Of a stretch of DNA of 64,000 nt, positions 18,100-28,069 are shown in pieces. The position numbers and the translations under genes were made by a program. The notes below the pieces were generated by a model, which did not search any database, had not been told where the DNA came from, and saw nothing but the letters and a program-made list of their open reading frames with translations. The stretch comes from a virus (lineage: Duplodnaviria > Caudoviricetes), in the IMG/VR virus record IMGVR_UViG_3300033120_000845, positions 32,001-96,000 of that record, one strand, 5' to 3'. Every line of letters starts with the position of its first letter. Within the stretch, counting starts at the first letter, position 1.

Positions 18100-18350
18100 A
18101 AAAGCTCATACAAACAATACTTAACGACACACTAAAATCACCAAATGGAAAATTTAGTAGGAAATCTCTAACTATGTTTGTTTCATTTGGAATGTCAGTT
18201 TTATTAGGAGGGTATATGGTCTACATAAGACCACAAGACGGAGTACAAATCTTTTATGGATTTTTAGCTTTAGGCGGTGGAATAACAGGTATGAGTATCT
18301 ATGATAAGTATAAAAACGGCGGACAAAATAAAGAAGAAATAAATGGATGA
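18096..18350 (+). CDS. putative holin (2 TM)
   Basis: Two hydrophobic helices and charged C-terminus; directly upstream of endolysin. Confidence 0.6.
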   Translation: MKKLIQTILNDTLKSPNGKFSRKSLTMFVSFGMSVLLGGYMVYIRPQDGVQIFYGFLALGGGITGMSIYDKYKNGGQNKEEING

Positions 18351-18873
18351 GATTTCGCTAAAGCGTGCGCAGGAAGCACACCCCAAGATTAGACAAAAAC
18401 TGATTGACACGTATATTAAAGCAAATAATAAATTAGGTAAAGGGTGTAGATTAAGATTATCTTATGTATACCGTTCACCTGAAGAACAGGATGCTTTATA
18501 CGAACAAGGAAGAACAACGAAAGGTTCTAAAGTTACAAATAGTAAGGCTTGGCAAAGTATACATCAATATTGTTTAGCATTAGATATTGTATTGCTTTAT
18601 GATAAAGATGGCGATGGTAAATTTGAAGAAGTTTCGTGGGATATGAAAAGAGACCAAGATAAAGACGGAGTTGCAGATTGGCTCGAAGTGACAAAAGTAT
18701 TTTTAGAAGCGGGGTTTACAAACGGATTTATATCTAAGGGTAAAAAATGGGATTTTCCGCATTTTCAAATTGATTTTGGTTTATCATGGAAACAAATGAA
18801 AGCAAAAATTGATGGTGGAGAATATACAGAGGAAATACAAAACGGCAAAAAAATTAAATACATAAAAATATAA
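18343..18873 (+). CDS. endolysin, M15 family (L-Ala-D-Glu) peptidase
   Basis: YRSPEEQDALYEQGR, SIH...ALD and DFPHFQ zinc-peptidase motifs. Confidence 0.85.
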   Translation: MDEISLKRAQEAHPKIRQKLIDTYIKANNKLGKGCRLRLSYVYRSPEEQDALYEQGRTTKGSKVTNSKAWQSIHQYCLALDIVLLYDKDGDGKFEEVSWDMKRDQDKDGVADWLEVTKVFLEAGFTNGFISKGKKWDFPHFQIDFGLSWKQMKAKIDGGEYTEEIQNGKKIKYIKI

Positions 18874-18874
18874 A

Positions 18875-19396
18875 ATGGCAACTTACGACTATTCAAAATT
18901 CACTCTAATAGAATTAATCAAAAAAATAGGTAATTCAAGATATTGGAATCTTCCTAAAATGTTAGAGGAAGTTTTAATGAAACTTAACAATAAAGAAAAT
19001 GCCGCAAATAAAGTTTATAGAGCTTCTATAACACAAACAGGAACTAATCCTCCTGTAGCTATAGTTTTAGAAAATAATACAGGTAGAGAAATATCTTATC
19101 TCTACGATTCACAAGGGTTTTATATAGTCAATGTAAGCGGAGATTATGATTTAAATAAGATATTTATAAGTCTATCTTGTATTGAGGAGTTTTCAGATGG
19201 ATATATAACAGATGTAGAAGTTTTAGGACAAACGGGTAAGTCACAAGTAAAAACAATATATGCATATACATACCCTAATCATATTTGGATAGAAAATGGA
19301 TACAGATACGCAGATGATACAGGGGGATTAAAACTATATTTTGCAGACTCTGTTATGGATAAACCTGTTATGGTTACAATAGAAATCTTTGAATAA
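18875..19396 (+). CDS. virion fibre/decoration protein (paralog of 28070..28510)
   Basis: Shared N-terminus and KVY.A..TQTGT..PVA.VLEN motif. Confidence 0.55.
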   Translation: MATYDYSKFTLIELIKKIGNSRYWNLPKMLEEVLMKLNNKENAANKVYRASITQTGTNPPVAIVLENNTGREISYLYDSQGFYIVNVSGDYDLNKIFISLSCIEEFSDGYITDVEVLGQTGKSQVKTIYAYTYPNHIWIENGYRYADDTGGLKLYFADSVMDKPVMVTIEIFE

Positions 19397-19398
19397 AT

Positions 19399-19965
19399 AT
19401 GGCAACAGTAGGAACAATAAATATTAATTTTGATACCTTTTCAAATAGCCCCTTATACTTAGCTGTCATTGATTTATCAGAATGGCTCTATTCAGAAGAC
19501 AAACCCTCATATATAGAAATTACTGTTCCGGGCTCTAAAAAACCAAAGAGATTTTCTTTTAAGAAATATAAAACAAATATTTTCAATTCTCATAATTTAG
19601 GACTCAGCTGTTTGAGAGGAGATTGTACTGAAGAAACTTATGTTGACCTTCCTGACGGTATCTACACAATTAAATTAATGTCAGGATTTGAAGGAATTGA
19701 TGAAACAAAGTACTACCTAAAGACAGACAGATTTGAGATTGAATATCAAAAAGTTTTAATAGCTTATGGTACAAATGTAGACCAAAATTTTATAAACTTT
19801 ATGACTAAAGTGAAATATATTTTGGATGTAGCTAAATCTCACACTATGAATGGTAATTTTGTTGATTCACATAAGTACTTTCAAGAAGCTAAGAAACTTT
19901 TAAAGAGATTTGCAGAATGCAAAGATTGTCTCGGAGGCTCTGAAAAACATCATCATAAATATTAA
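19399..19965 (+). CDS. putative tail hub/collar protein
   Basis: DLPDGIYTIK motif and C-terminal CxxC; sits ahead of fibre genes. Confidence 0.5.
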   Translation: MATVGTININFDTFSNSPLYLAVIDLSEWLYSEDKPSYIEITVPGSKKPKRFSFKKYKTNIFNSHNLGLSCLRGDCTEETYVDLPDGIYTIKLMSGFEGIDETKYYLKTDRFEIEYQKVLIAYGTNVDQNFINFMTKVKYILDVAKSHTMNGNFVDSHKYFQEAKKLLKRFAECKDCLGGSEKHHHKY

Positions 19966-19976
19966 AAGAATAAGTA

Positions 19977-20309
19977 GTGGCTGGACAGAACCAAATAAAA
20001 CAGTACAACCAAGAAACACTATTCAATAAGTATAATAAAGAGCTTATGAATCAAGTGAAGATGTGGTATATAGAAGACAAGTTCGCCATAAAAACTGATT
20101 ATGACGAATATAAGACTTTAGAAACATTTCTTTTTAAAGAATTATATGCAACAGAAGATTGCGAAGTAAAAAAGTTTCTAAGAAAAAAATTCAGAGGGGC
20201 TTTAGATAAAAATATAAAAATTGTAGATTTAAAATCACTACAAACAGAACACAGGGATATTAATAATTATTTTTATTCCGCAGCAAATTACGAAACAGTA
20301 GAGTTTTAA
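19977..20309 (+). CDS. putative tail hub partner / hypothetical virion protein
   Basis: GTG start, 110 aa, in structural operon. Confidence 0.5.
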   Translation: MAGQNQIKQYNQETLFNKYNKELMNQVKMWYIEDKFAIKTDYDEYKTLETFLFKELYATEDCEVKKFLRKKFRGALDKNIKIVDLKSLQTEHRDINNYFYSAANYETVEF

Positions 20310-20312
20310 AAA

Positions 20313-22451
20313 ATGACAGATATACCTATTAAAATACAATTTGTAAAGGCTTTATCCAATTTAAAGCCAAATAGGTTAATTGTCAAAAAAGCTGACAATG
20401 AATCCGTTTTTTCATTATTTATAACAGATAAAAACTCGCTTCCTTTTTCCATAAAAGACAATACTTCCATAGGTTCGGGAATACAAACTTTAATCAATAT
20501 TGATGGCACTTTATCTATAACAAGTGGATTAAATAAAGTTATTAATATTTCACCTACCACAATGGCTGTAATAAACTCAGCTTTACAAAGTGGGGATAAT
20601 ATATCAACACTTAATAATAATGTTGGATATATTACTTTAGCGGATTTACCTGATACAAAAGCCGAATTTAATTCCCTGTTATCAGATGGTAATTTTTTAT
20701 TTGAAAACGATATTTTTCAATATACAGATGAACAAGCTCAAGACGCTGTAGGAGGCATATTAACAGACACAGCTACAATTGATTTAAGTTATAATGACTT
20801 AACAAATCAAATTTCAGCAACTGTACAAGCCAATTCCATTACTGCAAATGAACTTTCCGATACAATAAATATTAGCGAGTTTGTAAATGATGAAAATTTT
20901 GTCACAGGAACTAACTTAACAACTACACATAATAGTACAAATGTTATAGTGAATTCTGATAATGGAACAGATGCAACAATTAGTCTTGCCAACGGAATAA
21001 CAGCAGGAGTATCAGAAAACAACTTTACTTCCGCAGAAAAAGCTAATTTAGCCAATCAATCAGGAGTAAATAGTGGTGACCAAACGAGTATAGTTGGTAT
21101 AACAGGCACAAAAGCCCAGTTCAACACTGCTGTAACAGACGGAGATATTTTATATGTAGGAGACATAACTCAATATACAAATGAAGATGCTCAAGATGCT
21201 GTCGGTAATATCTTAACTAATAGTAGCACAATAGATTTCACTTATAGTGACGGAGGGAACACAATTTCAGCAAGTGTAAAACCAAACTCAATCACTGCAT
21301 CTGAATTAGCAAACACTATAAATGTCTCAGAGTTTACAAATGACTCTAACTATATTAATCACGCTGATTTATCTGTTACACATAATCCATCAAACGTTGT
21401 TGTTAACTCGGATGTAGGAGCAGATGGTACAATCAACTTAGGTAACGGCACTACTGCGGGGGTAAGTTTAAATAACTACACAACAGCAGAGAAAACAAAG
21501 CTAGCAGGAATTGAAGCAGGAATTACAATTAAAAATACCGACATTTTATCGAGCGTATTAACAACAAAAGACGCGGACGGATTTGTCGCTTATATTAACG
21601 CTTTACCAAGTTCTTTTGCTGTTGCTTCAAACGAAATTCAATACTATTCGATTACGGATATAGGCATGAAATTCATGTTTAAATTAAACGGTCGGTCTTT
21701 CGGTGGTTCTGAGCCGGATATTACTACAATTGATGTACTTCAATTTGGATTGGACTATTTCGATAATCATTTTTTTAAAGATTACCAAGTGCAATCAAGG
21801 GGCGATGCAACATTAACAACAATTGGGGCTACTGCATTATCAGCAACAGGAACGGCAGCGAATATTGTGGGCGGAAGTGGTATTTATGCAAATATCACAC
21901 ATAAAACAGGAGTTACAAGCGCGACGGCAACAGCAGGGAGTTCGTGCGGGTATAGAGAAGGAAGTTTCAAACCATTCAATTTTACGCTTGGTTTTAAGAT
22001 TAATTTTAAATTTGCTAATTCAGACGCTGCAACCGTATCCGATGCTCGTTGTTTTGTTGGATGTTACCTCAGCAATTCACAAATAGGTAATGTAAATCCT
22101 TCGACATTGCTTAATATGTTTGGTATTGGGTCTGATAATGGCGAAACGAACTTTTCAATTATGCATAACGACGGTAGTGGAACAGCGACAAAAATACCAT
22201 TAGGCATAAACTTCCCCGCCAATACTTCTAAAGTAGACGTTTATTCTGTGACATTTTGGGTTTACCCCGGAACGACAACTCTATATTACGAAGTTAAACG
22301 AGAAAATACAGGGCATATCGCAAGCGGTAAAATTACCACTGATATTAACACATCCGCAGTTTTCGCGCCTCATTTTTTCAGAAACAATGGATCGACAGCA
22401 TTGGCGGTAAATCAAACATTCATTTCATTAATAGCAAAACTACCATTCTAA
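20313..22451 (+). CDS. tail fibre / receptor-binding protein
   Basis: Thr/Ser/Asn rich, QAQDAVG and TAEKTKLAGI fibre motifs, internal duplication, beta-rich C-terminal domain. Confidence 0.7.
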   Translation: MTDIPIKIQFVKALSNLKPNRLIVKKADNESVFSLFITDKNSLPFSIKDNTSIGSGIQTLINIDGTLSITSGLNKVINISPTTMAVINSALQSGDNISTLNNNVGYITLADLPDTKAEFNSLLSDGNFLFENDIFQYTDEQAQDAVGGILTDTATIDLSYNDLTNQISATVQANSITANELSDTINISEFVNDENFVTGTNLTTTHNSTNVIVNSDNGTDATISLANGITAGVSENNFTSAEKANLANQSGVNSGDQTSIVGITGTKAQFNTAVTDGDILYVGDITQYTNEDAQDAVGNILTNSSTIDFTYSDGGNTISASVKPNSITASELANTINVSEFTNDSNYINHADLSVTHNPSNVVVNSDVGADGTINLGNGTTAGVSLNNYTTAEKTKLAGIEAGITIKNTDILSSVLTTKDADGFVAYINALPSSFAVASNEIQYYSITDIGMKFMFKLNGRSFGGSEPDITTIDVLQFGLDYFDNHFFKDYQVQSRGDATLTTIGATALSATGTAANIVGGSGIYANITHKTGVTSATATAGSSCGYREGSFKPFNFTLGFKINFKFANSDAATVSDARCFVGCYLSNSQIGNVNPSTLLNMFGIGSDNGETNFSIMHNDGSGTATKIPLGINFPANTSKVDVYSVTFWVYPGTTTLYYEVKRENTGHIASGKITTDINTSAVFAPHFFRNNGSTALAVNQTFISLIAKLPF
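20652..21506 (+). repeat. intragenic duplication, 453-nt (151-aa) period
   Basis: TKAEFN...QYTDEQAQDAVG...NNFTSAEKANLA versus TKAQFN...QYTNEDAQDAVG...NNYTTAEKTKLA. Confidence 0.85.
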
Positions 22452-22452
22452 T

Positions 22453-22959
22453 ATGTATCAGATTTCTAATTATAGCGGAAAAATAAAACACGTTCCAAGT
22501 GGTATCGTGTTTTTAAATGATTCAACAGATATTAATTATCCTGATTATTTAGAATGGCTACAATCGGGCAACAGTCCTGAAATGATTGATTTCTTTGAAG
22601 GTGAAGAAGCGGAGAAAACTGCCTTAGATAAACTATCGATAGAAACAGCAAAATACATTCAGCGTTCAAATGATGGGCGCGATGCATACGCAAAAATAAG
22701 TGCTGAGTTTCGTTTAGCTAAACTATATGGACAGATAACCGAAGAAGCTCACGCAATTGTCGAAAAGATACTTATTCCGGTCAGAAATGAAATTTTAGCC
22801 GGGCAATGGATAAGTGGACAAAATGAACTTGTTTTAATTGGTTCTTCGGTAATAGGTCAGCAATTATACGATAGACTTTATAATCAAATGGATGCTTACA
22901 TTCAAGTAAGCTATACAGTAGATGAAATAAATTCCAACAAATCAATTATCAAAAAATAA
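22453..22959 (+). CDS. tail fibre assembly/chaperone-like protein
   Basis: YPDYLEWLQSGNSP motif typical of fibre-assembly proteins; directly follows fibre gene. Confidence 0.55.
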   Translation: MYQISNYSGKIKHVPSGIVFLNDSTDINYPDYLEWLQSGNSPEMIDFFEGEEAEKTALDKLSIETAKYIQRSNDGRDAYAKISAEFRLAKLYGQITEEAHAIVEKILIPVRNEILAGQWISGQNELVLIGSSVIGQQLYDRLYNQMDAYIQVSYTVDEINSNKSIIKK

Positions 22960-22965
22960 TTGTAA

Positions 22966-23142
22966 TTATGGGATAATATAGTAGTAGCTGAGACTGGAAT
23001 TTTAGACGCATTAACTTCCTCCATTCATTTAAAAGATAATATATTACAAAGACTTGTAGAATTTACTTTCATACAATTAGAACAAGAAACAAATACAAAT
23101 TATGCAACTACTGTAAGCGATTGGGAATTAGTAATAGAATAA
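22966..23142 (+). pseudogene. start-less 3' remnant of a displaced gene (58 codons)
   Basis: LWDNIVVAETGILD...SDWELVIE*, in frame with but beyond two stops of the 22453 ORF; no ATG. Confidence 0.45.
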
Positions 23143-23147
23143 AAAAC

Positions 23148-23585
23148 ATGAAAAATTGTAATAAAGAAAAACATACCTGTGGCGAAGCAGTTTCTTTCGC
23201 AACCTGCATTTCGTATGAAACAGCACTTCCCGATTTTTCTGAAATTGGAAATTGCCCAGATTTAGATGCCACCACAGCAGAATTATATGAATTAGTCGGT
23301 GACATAAGAGAACAGATTGATTTAACGACATTAGCTGAATCTTGTTTAGAATACATAAAAGATGCAGAAGAAAGAATAGTTGTAAAGAATGTTCTTTTAA
23401 AACACCAAGAAGAGATTTGCGCATTAAAAACAAAAGTAGAGGAATTAGAGAACAGACCTTTATGTAACTTACCTTTAGGAGATTGCATTGATACAAAATG
23501 TTTAACCGATGCATGTAACAATACTATAAATACTTGGGGTGAGTTAGCACAAGCCCTTATAGATAATGCTTGTCCAACACCTTAA
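23148..23585 (+). CDS. Cys-rich tail spike/fibre docking protein (ATG 23148)
   Basis: Multiple Cys, central coiled coil; A-rich leader before ATG 23148. Confidence 0.6.
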   Translation: MKNCNKEKHTCGEAVSFATCISYETALPDFSEIGNCPDLDATTAELYELVGDIREQIDLTTLAESCLEYIKDAEERIVVKNVLLKHQEEICALKTKVEELENRPLCNLPLGDCIDTKCLTDACNNTINTWGELAQALIDNACPTP

Positions 23586-23597
23586 AAATAATAAAAT

Positions 23598-23822
23598 ATG
23601 TCAATACCTTGCAATTTAAGCACCCCTACGGTCTTTGAACAGGATGAATGTATGGGGGAAAGAAAATCGGCAGCGTGTGTCAACGATACAACAGCCTATG
23701 TTGAATTATCATTGCCTCCCAATTCAACACAACAACAAATTAATCAAGCCTTATACACGGCTTTTTTAAACCTAAAAGCAACAGTAGAGAACTTACAGCA
23801 ACAGATATATAATTTACCATAA
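23598..23822 (+). CDS. small Cys-rich coiled-coil tail protein
   Basis: 74 aa; C...C...C followed by heptads. Confidence 0.55.
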   Translation: MSIPCNLSTPTVFEQDECMGERKSAACVNDTTAYVELSLPPNSTQQQINQALYTAFLNLKATVENLQQQIYNLP

Positions 23823-23824
23823 AT

Positions 23825-25930
23825 ATGTGTAACAAATGTAACCAAACAAATACAAATACTAAATGTGGTGGATGTAACGACACCTATCAATACCAAAATA
23901 TTTGTAATGAATGCCCTCCGCAACCCTGCGACTGCCCGGTGGTTGATTTGTCAACAGATTGTGTTTTATACAATCAAGACGACATTCTTTGTGGAGCAAC
24001 AGTTGTAGTCCCTAAGAATACAATCCTTTCAGATGCTTTAAACTTAATTATTACTTGGGTTTGTTCAGGATTTGAGGAAGTTAAAAAATACCTACGATTA
24101 AAAAATGTAGGAACAGGTGCTGAAATTTATGCAGGAGATACACTTCTCGGCGAAAAAAAATTAAGAACCCTAACAACTACTTCAAGCATAATAACTATAA
24201 ACCAAGCTACAGATGAAATTGAGTTTGGAATAGATACTGACGAACTAAACGATTTTGTAAGTATTTCAAATGTTGGGACAGGGGTTCAATCATATAAAGG
24301 ATTTAACTCTCTAACAAGCACTCACGAGTTTAGAACAGTAACAACAGAAAGCTTGGGAATGGGAGAAAGTTTCCTAAGAGACATTCAACAAAATACTAAT
24401 GAGTTAAATGTAAGGGTAAAAACTTTAGTTTCTGACAACTTATCAATTACATCAACAGATGATGAGATAAGGATAGAAACACCAACTACAGCAGCTATAC
24501 CTGCATTATATGTTAATAATTTATATGAACCATCTTATGAAGAATGGTTAGCAGAAAACACAATACAAAATGGCGGAACACCTATAGTAGGTTTTGTATT
24601 TAGAGGAAAAGGAACCTTAGCACAACCCTTCACAGATTCAGTAGTTTACCCCTTAGCAGGAGGTTCACCAACTACAACACCAAATACAGCTATTCAAAAT
24701 GCCTTAGATGGGGATACAGCCTATACGACACCATATAGTTATGTGGGAACAGATAGTAGATTACGCCCATCCAGAAACGGGGAAAAGATAATCATACAAA
24801 GTAATAATTCAAGTTACACTTTTACAGGAGATTTCGGGTATAGTAACATAGATGTTAAGATAGAAGGTGCTGTTATTTCTACAACTACAGGATATATTAT
24901 TGACATGGATAATGCCGCACATTTCAATGCGTTATCAGACTTGGCAAAAATAGAAGTTTCAAAAGGGTGTTTTTTAACAGTACAGGGGGAAGGTTTTAAA
25001 AACGATGGCACAACTGTAGCTACAAACTTATTTAGTCAATTTAGACTATTAAAATTAATAGGTGACGGTACAATAATAAGTACAGGAACAGATATTACAA
25101 AATATATTTTAACATCAGATAAAACATCTTCAGGAAATACAACAGTAGGATTTTACAACGATGGTATTTGGCATTTTGAAATAAGCTGTCTGTTAGTATC
25201 AGAGTTTCAAGGAATTTTAGCAATTGGAGGAAAAGCTCAAGTTTTTAGTTTTGGAGGTAAATTTCGATCAGGGTCTATATCAAGTGATGTTGATATAAAC
25301 TTAAAAGCCTTCTATTTAAAAGGCGGGGTTTTTAAGCTACAAGACAACTCTAAAATTATTTTATACGGGTTTAACACAACTACTCGTTTAGAAGGTATAA
25401 CATTTGAATCAACGAATGGTTTTACAGCAACTATGTATTCAAGCGGAACAGAGATGACAGGTGAATTGGACACACTGTTTAATAAAGTAAACACTTCAAA
25501 TGCAATTCTTGAATTTACTTCATCTAATAGTGGACTTCAATTTTACCCAACAGAAGTATTTAATTCGCCAAATTTATGGCAGGTAATATTTAAGAACAAT
25601 GTTTTCTCTTTAGGAAATATTGACAACACTAAAGTTGATTTAACATTCGGTAATGCCATTTCAGCTATAAACACAATTGGTAACAATGTTTTAGAACATC
25701 TTAGAAGTTTTACAAGTAAGGAGTTAGCAAGAGTGTCAGGTATGCCTGTAAACTCAGCATATCTTTTAGTAAGACCTGTTACGGCAACAAATTTAATACA
25801 AGGAACAGAATATAAAGTTACCACTTTTGGTGATGGAGCTTTAGGAGCTTTAGGTACTTATTTCATAGCAACAGGCTCAGAAACAGGTACGGGAGTGGGT
25901 TCTTTAATAGAAAGATGTATTTTAATATAA
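23825..25930 (+). CDS. tail spike / receptor-binding protein
   Basis: Cys-rich N-terminus (CNKC, CGGC, CNEC, CDC), two NVGTG fibre repeats, beta-helix-like Gly/Thr-rich C-terminal region. Confidence 0.7.
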   Translation: MCNKCNQTNTNTKCGGCNDTYQYQNICNECPPQPCDCPVVDLSTDCVLYNQDDILCGATVVVPKNTILSDALNLIITWVCSGFEEVKKYLRLKNVGTGAEIYAGDTLLGEKKLRTLTTTSSIITINQATDEIEFGIDTDELNDFVSISNVGTGVQSYKGFNSLTSTHEFRTVTTESLGMGESFLRDIQQNTNELNVRVKTLVSDNLSITSTDDEIRIETPTTAAIPALYVNNLYEPSYEEWLAENTIQNGGTPIVGFVFRGKGTLAQPFTDSVVYPLAGGSPTTTPNTAIQNALDGDTAYTTPYSYVGTDSRLRPSRNGEKIIIQSNNSSYTFTGDFGYSNIDVKIEGAVISTTTGYIIDMDNAAHFNALSDLAKIEVSKGCFLTVQGEGFKNDGTTVATNLFSQFRLLKLIGDGTIISTGTDITKYILTSDKTSSGNTTVGFYNDGIWHFEISCLLVSEFQGILAIGGKAQVFSFGGKFRSGSISSDVDINLKAFYLKGGVFKLQDNSKIILYGFNTTTRLEGITFESTNGFTATMYSSGTEMTGELDTLFNKVNTSNAILEFTSSNSGLQFYPTEVFNSPNLWQVIFKNNVFSLGNIDNTKVDLTFGNAISAINTIGNNVLEHLRSFTSKELARVSGMPVNSAYLLVRPVTATNLIQGTEYKVTTFGDGALGALGTYFIATGSETGTGVGSLIERCILI

Positions 25931-25964
25931 TATAAAGATTTTTGGTTTATTTTTGTTATTCTTG

Positions 25965-25995
25965 AAAGGCGGGGGAAGAAATTCTTCCGTCTTTT
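25965..25995 (+). terminator. intrinsic terminator
   Basis: AAAGGCGGGGGAA-GAAA-TTCTTCCGTCTTTT. Confidence 0.6.
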
Positions 25996-26004
25996 ATTTT
26001 TAAT

Positions 26005-26047
26005 AAACTAACCAATTTTTTACATTAAAAACTAATTTGTAATTTTG
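26005..26047 (+). promoter_or_regulatory. phage late-type promoter
   Basis: AAACTAACCAATTTT (26005-26019) and TAATTTTG (26040-26047). Confidence 0.75.
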
Positions 26048-26051
26048 CATA

Positions 26052-26717
26052 ATGAATAATAGAGAAGCAGTATCGGTAATAGAAAATTCAGTGAGAGGTG
26101 TGTCGAAAGATTTAGCTGTCCCAAGAAGATATATTTTAAAAGTTTTGCGAGATAATGCTAAAATGTTAATCTCTCAAAAATTACTTGACAGAACATTAAC
26201 ACAAGAAGAAAATCTATACACTCAAATAAGTTGTATTGAATTAGAAAGAATTGAGATTAAAAAATGTCCGGTGATTGAATTTAGAATGTGTAGAGTTGTA
26301 ATGCGTTCAGTAGAGCCTCTACCAACACCTATTTATAGCAGACTTGGTTCAAGTATTAGAGAGGTTGTTTCGGTAGATGGACTATTCGATTTCACTATAG
26401 TTTCGCCGCAGCAATATAGAAGAAACAAAAAAAGACAACATACCTTAAGTAATATAATTTACACCTATATAGACAGCGACAATTACCTTTGGATTTTAGA
26501 TAAAGAGATATTTGCTGTAGATTTAAAAATGATTACTTTAGAATCAGAAAAGGTAATGGATTGCGAGAAAGATGATTGTAAAAACAATTGGGAAGGAATA
26601 TTTACTTGTCCCGATAAACTTTTAACAGCGGTTATTTCTCAAGCAACAGAATTTATTTTAAGAACTTATAAGTCTGTACCTGCTGACCCTAATCCAAACA
26701 CAATAGAAAATGTTTAA
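26052..26717 (+). CDS. tail ring protein
   Basis: Y.QISC.EL...CP...RS..PLP and final P.D..N.. motifs of crAss-like ring proteins; synteny before IHF, tube and muzzle genes. Confidence 0.6.
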   Translation: MNNREAVSVIENSVRGVSKDLAVPRRYILKVLRDNAKMLISQKLLDRTLTQEENLYTQISCIELERIEIKKCPVIEFRMCRVVMRSVEPLPTPIYSRLGSSIREVVSVDGLFDFTIVSPQQYRRNKKRQHTLSNIIYTYIDSDNYLWILDKEIFAVDLKMITLESEKVMDCEKDDCKNNWEGIFTCPDKLLTAVISQATEFILRTYKSVPADPNPNTIENV

Positions 26718-27171
26718 TTTTTTAAGGGAAAAAGATGTTTTAGATAAAGATTTTTATGACTATTACATAAAGCATCGAAAGAAATATGTAAAAACTTTTT
26801 GTAGATACGCATATTGGAAAAAGGCTATCTGTTCGATTCTCAGAGAAATCCAAATGGAAATGACAGAGAATGAAGGAGGTGTTTACATAAAAGATTGGGG
26901 TTACTTTGCTCATTATATGGCGGTGGATAAGAAAAGAGTAAGACATAAAAAAATCCGCGATATAGCTTATATAAGAAAAAAGAGGACTTACAGATATTTC
27001 CCACACTTCTACCCTGATGATAACTTTAGAGAGTGGACTATGGAGAACACAATGCTTAAATTAAAAATACGAAATAAGAGGTATTTTAAAAGAGGAAAAA
27101 GATATAAATTACATTTCGAGCTTATAAAAACGGCGGAAGAAATGATTAGAAACAATAAAAAACGAATCTGA
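26710..27171 (+). CDS. IHF-like basic protein of the tail module
   Basis: Very basic; EGGVYIKDWGYF resembles the IHF strand motif; syntenic with crAss-like IHF before tail tube. Confidence 0.5.
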   Translation: MFNFLREKDVLDKDFYDYYIKHRKKYVKTFCRYAYWKKAICSILREIQMEMTENEGGVYIKDWGYFAHYMAVDKKRVRHKKIRDIAYIRKKRTYRYFPHFYPDDNFREWTMENTMLKLKIRNKRYFKRGKRYKLHFELIKTAEEMIRNNKKRI

Positions 27172-28064
27172 TGTATTTAGAAGAATTTATAGCAGAGATA
27201 GAATCAGATTTATCTTCTTATGCAGAGTCAGGGGATATAGATAAAGTTTCCATAAAAAGATGGGTTATGAATGAGCTCAAAAGATTTGGAAATGATTTAC
27301 TCGAAACAGGGGAAGAAATATTAGAAGTTAAGAATTCATCCACCACATTACCACAGACATTCAAGAGCTTAAAATTAGCTATGAGATTGGACAGAGATGA
27401 TGACAGATATTTTGACGATGATAGTGATGATAGTTCCTATTCAATAAAGCAGTTTATAAAAAATCCCGCTTATTTCATGGAAACCACAGGAGAATATCAA
27501 ACAGACTGTAATTCTGAAATAATCACAGAAAAAACAAAGATTAGAAACAGAAGTCCCTATTACAAATACAGAAATCCAAAATTCTTATCGTTAACCAAAG
27601 GAATTAAAACCACAGGAGTTATTGACCCCGATTGTTACAATTTAAACCCTTATATTAGAGAAAATGCGGAATATGAAATAAGTATTACAGGGAATCAAAT
27701 TAATGCAAATTTCAGAGAAGGGTTTATCTATTTACAATACACAATGCTCCCAACAGATGAAAATGGAGAATTGTACATACCTGAAACAAGAAACGGATTT
27801 TTAGAAAAGTATTTAGAATTTTATGTAAAATCCCGCATTGTAGAAAACTTAATTGCAAACAATAGAAGTCCACAAACAATAGGACAATTACTCTCATTAT
27901 ACAAACAAGAGGCTCAGAATTATTTACCATTAGCTTTAAGAGAATCTAAATTCAAAGGACTTGGACAGCATTGGGCTAAACGATTTAAAAGACTTTCTCA
28001 CAGAAACATTATTACTTACGACTTACCAAAACTATTAAGAATCCCTAACCCACGTTATTATTAA
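27171..28064 (+). CDS. tail tubular (ring) protein
   Basis: NFREGFIYLQY...PTDENG..YIP motif; immediately upstream of muzzle. Confidence 0.7.
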   Translation: MYLEEFIAEIESDLSSYAESGDIDKVSIKRWVMNELKRFGNDLLETGEEILEVKNSSTTLPQTFKSLKLAMRLDRDDDRYFDDDSDDSSYSIKQFIKNPAYFMETTGEYQTDCNSEIITEKTKIRNRSPYYKYRNPKFLSLTKGIKTTGVIDPDCYNLNPYIRENAEYEISITGNQINANFREGFIYLQYTMLPTDENGELYIPETRNGFLEKYLEFYVKSRIVENLIANNRSPQTIGQLLSLYKQEAQNYLPLALRESKFKGLGQHWAKRFKRLSHRNIITYDLPKLLRIPNPRYY

Positions 28065-28069
28065 AAATC

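Noticed and set aside
20313-25930. Diversity-generating retroelement or invertible tail-fibre cassette
   Set aside because: No reverse transcriptase or recombinase, no near-identical TR/VR pair differing at adenines, no flanking inverted repeats; the duplication is old and diverged at all bases.
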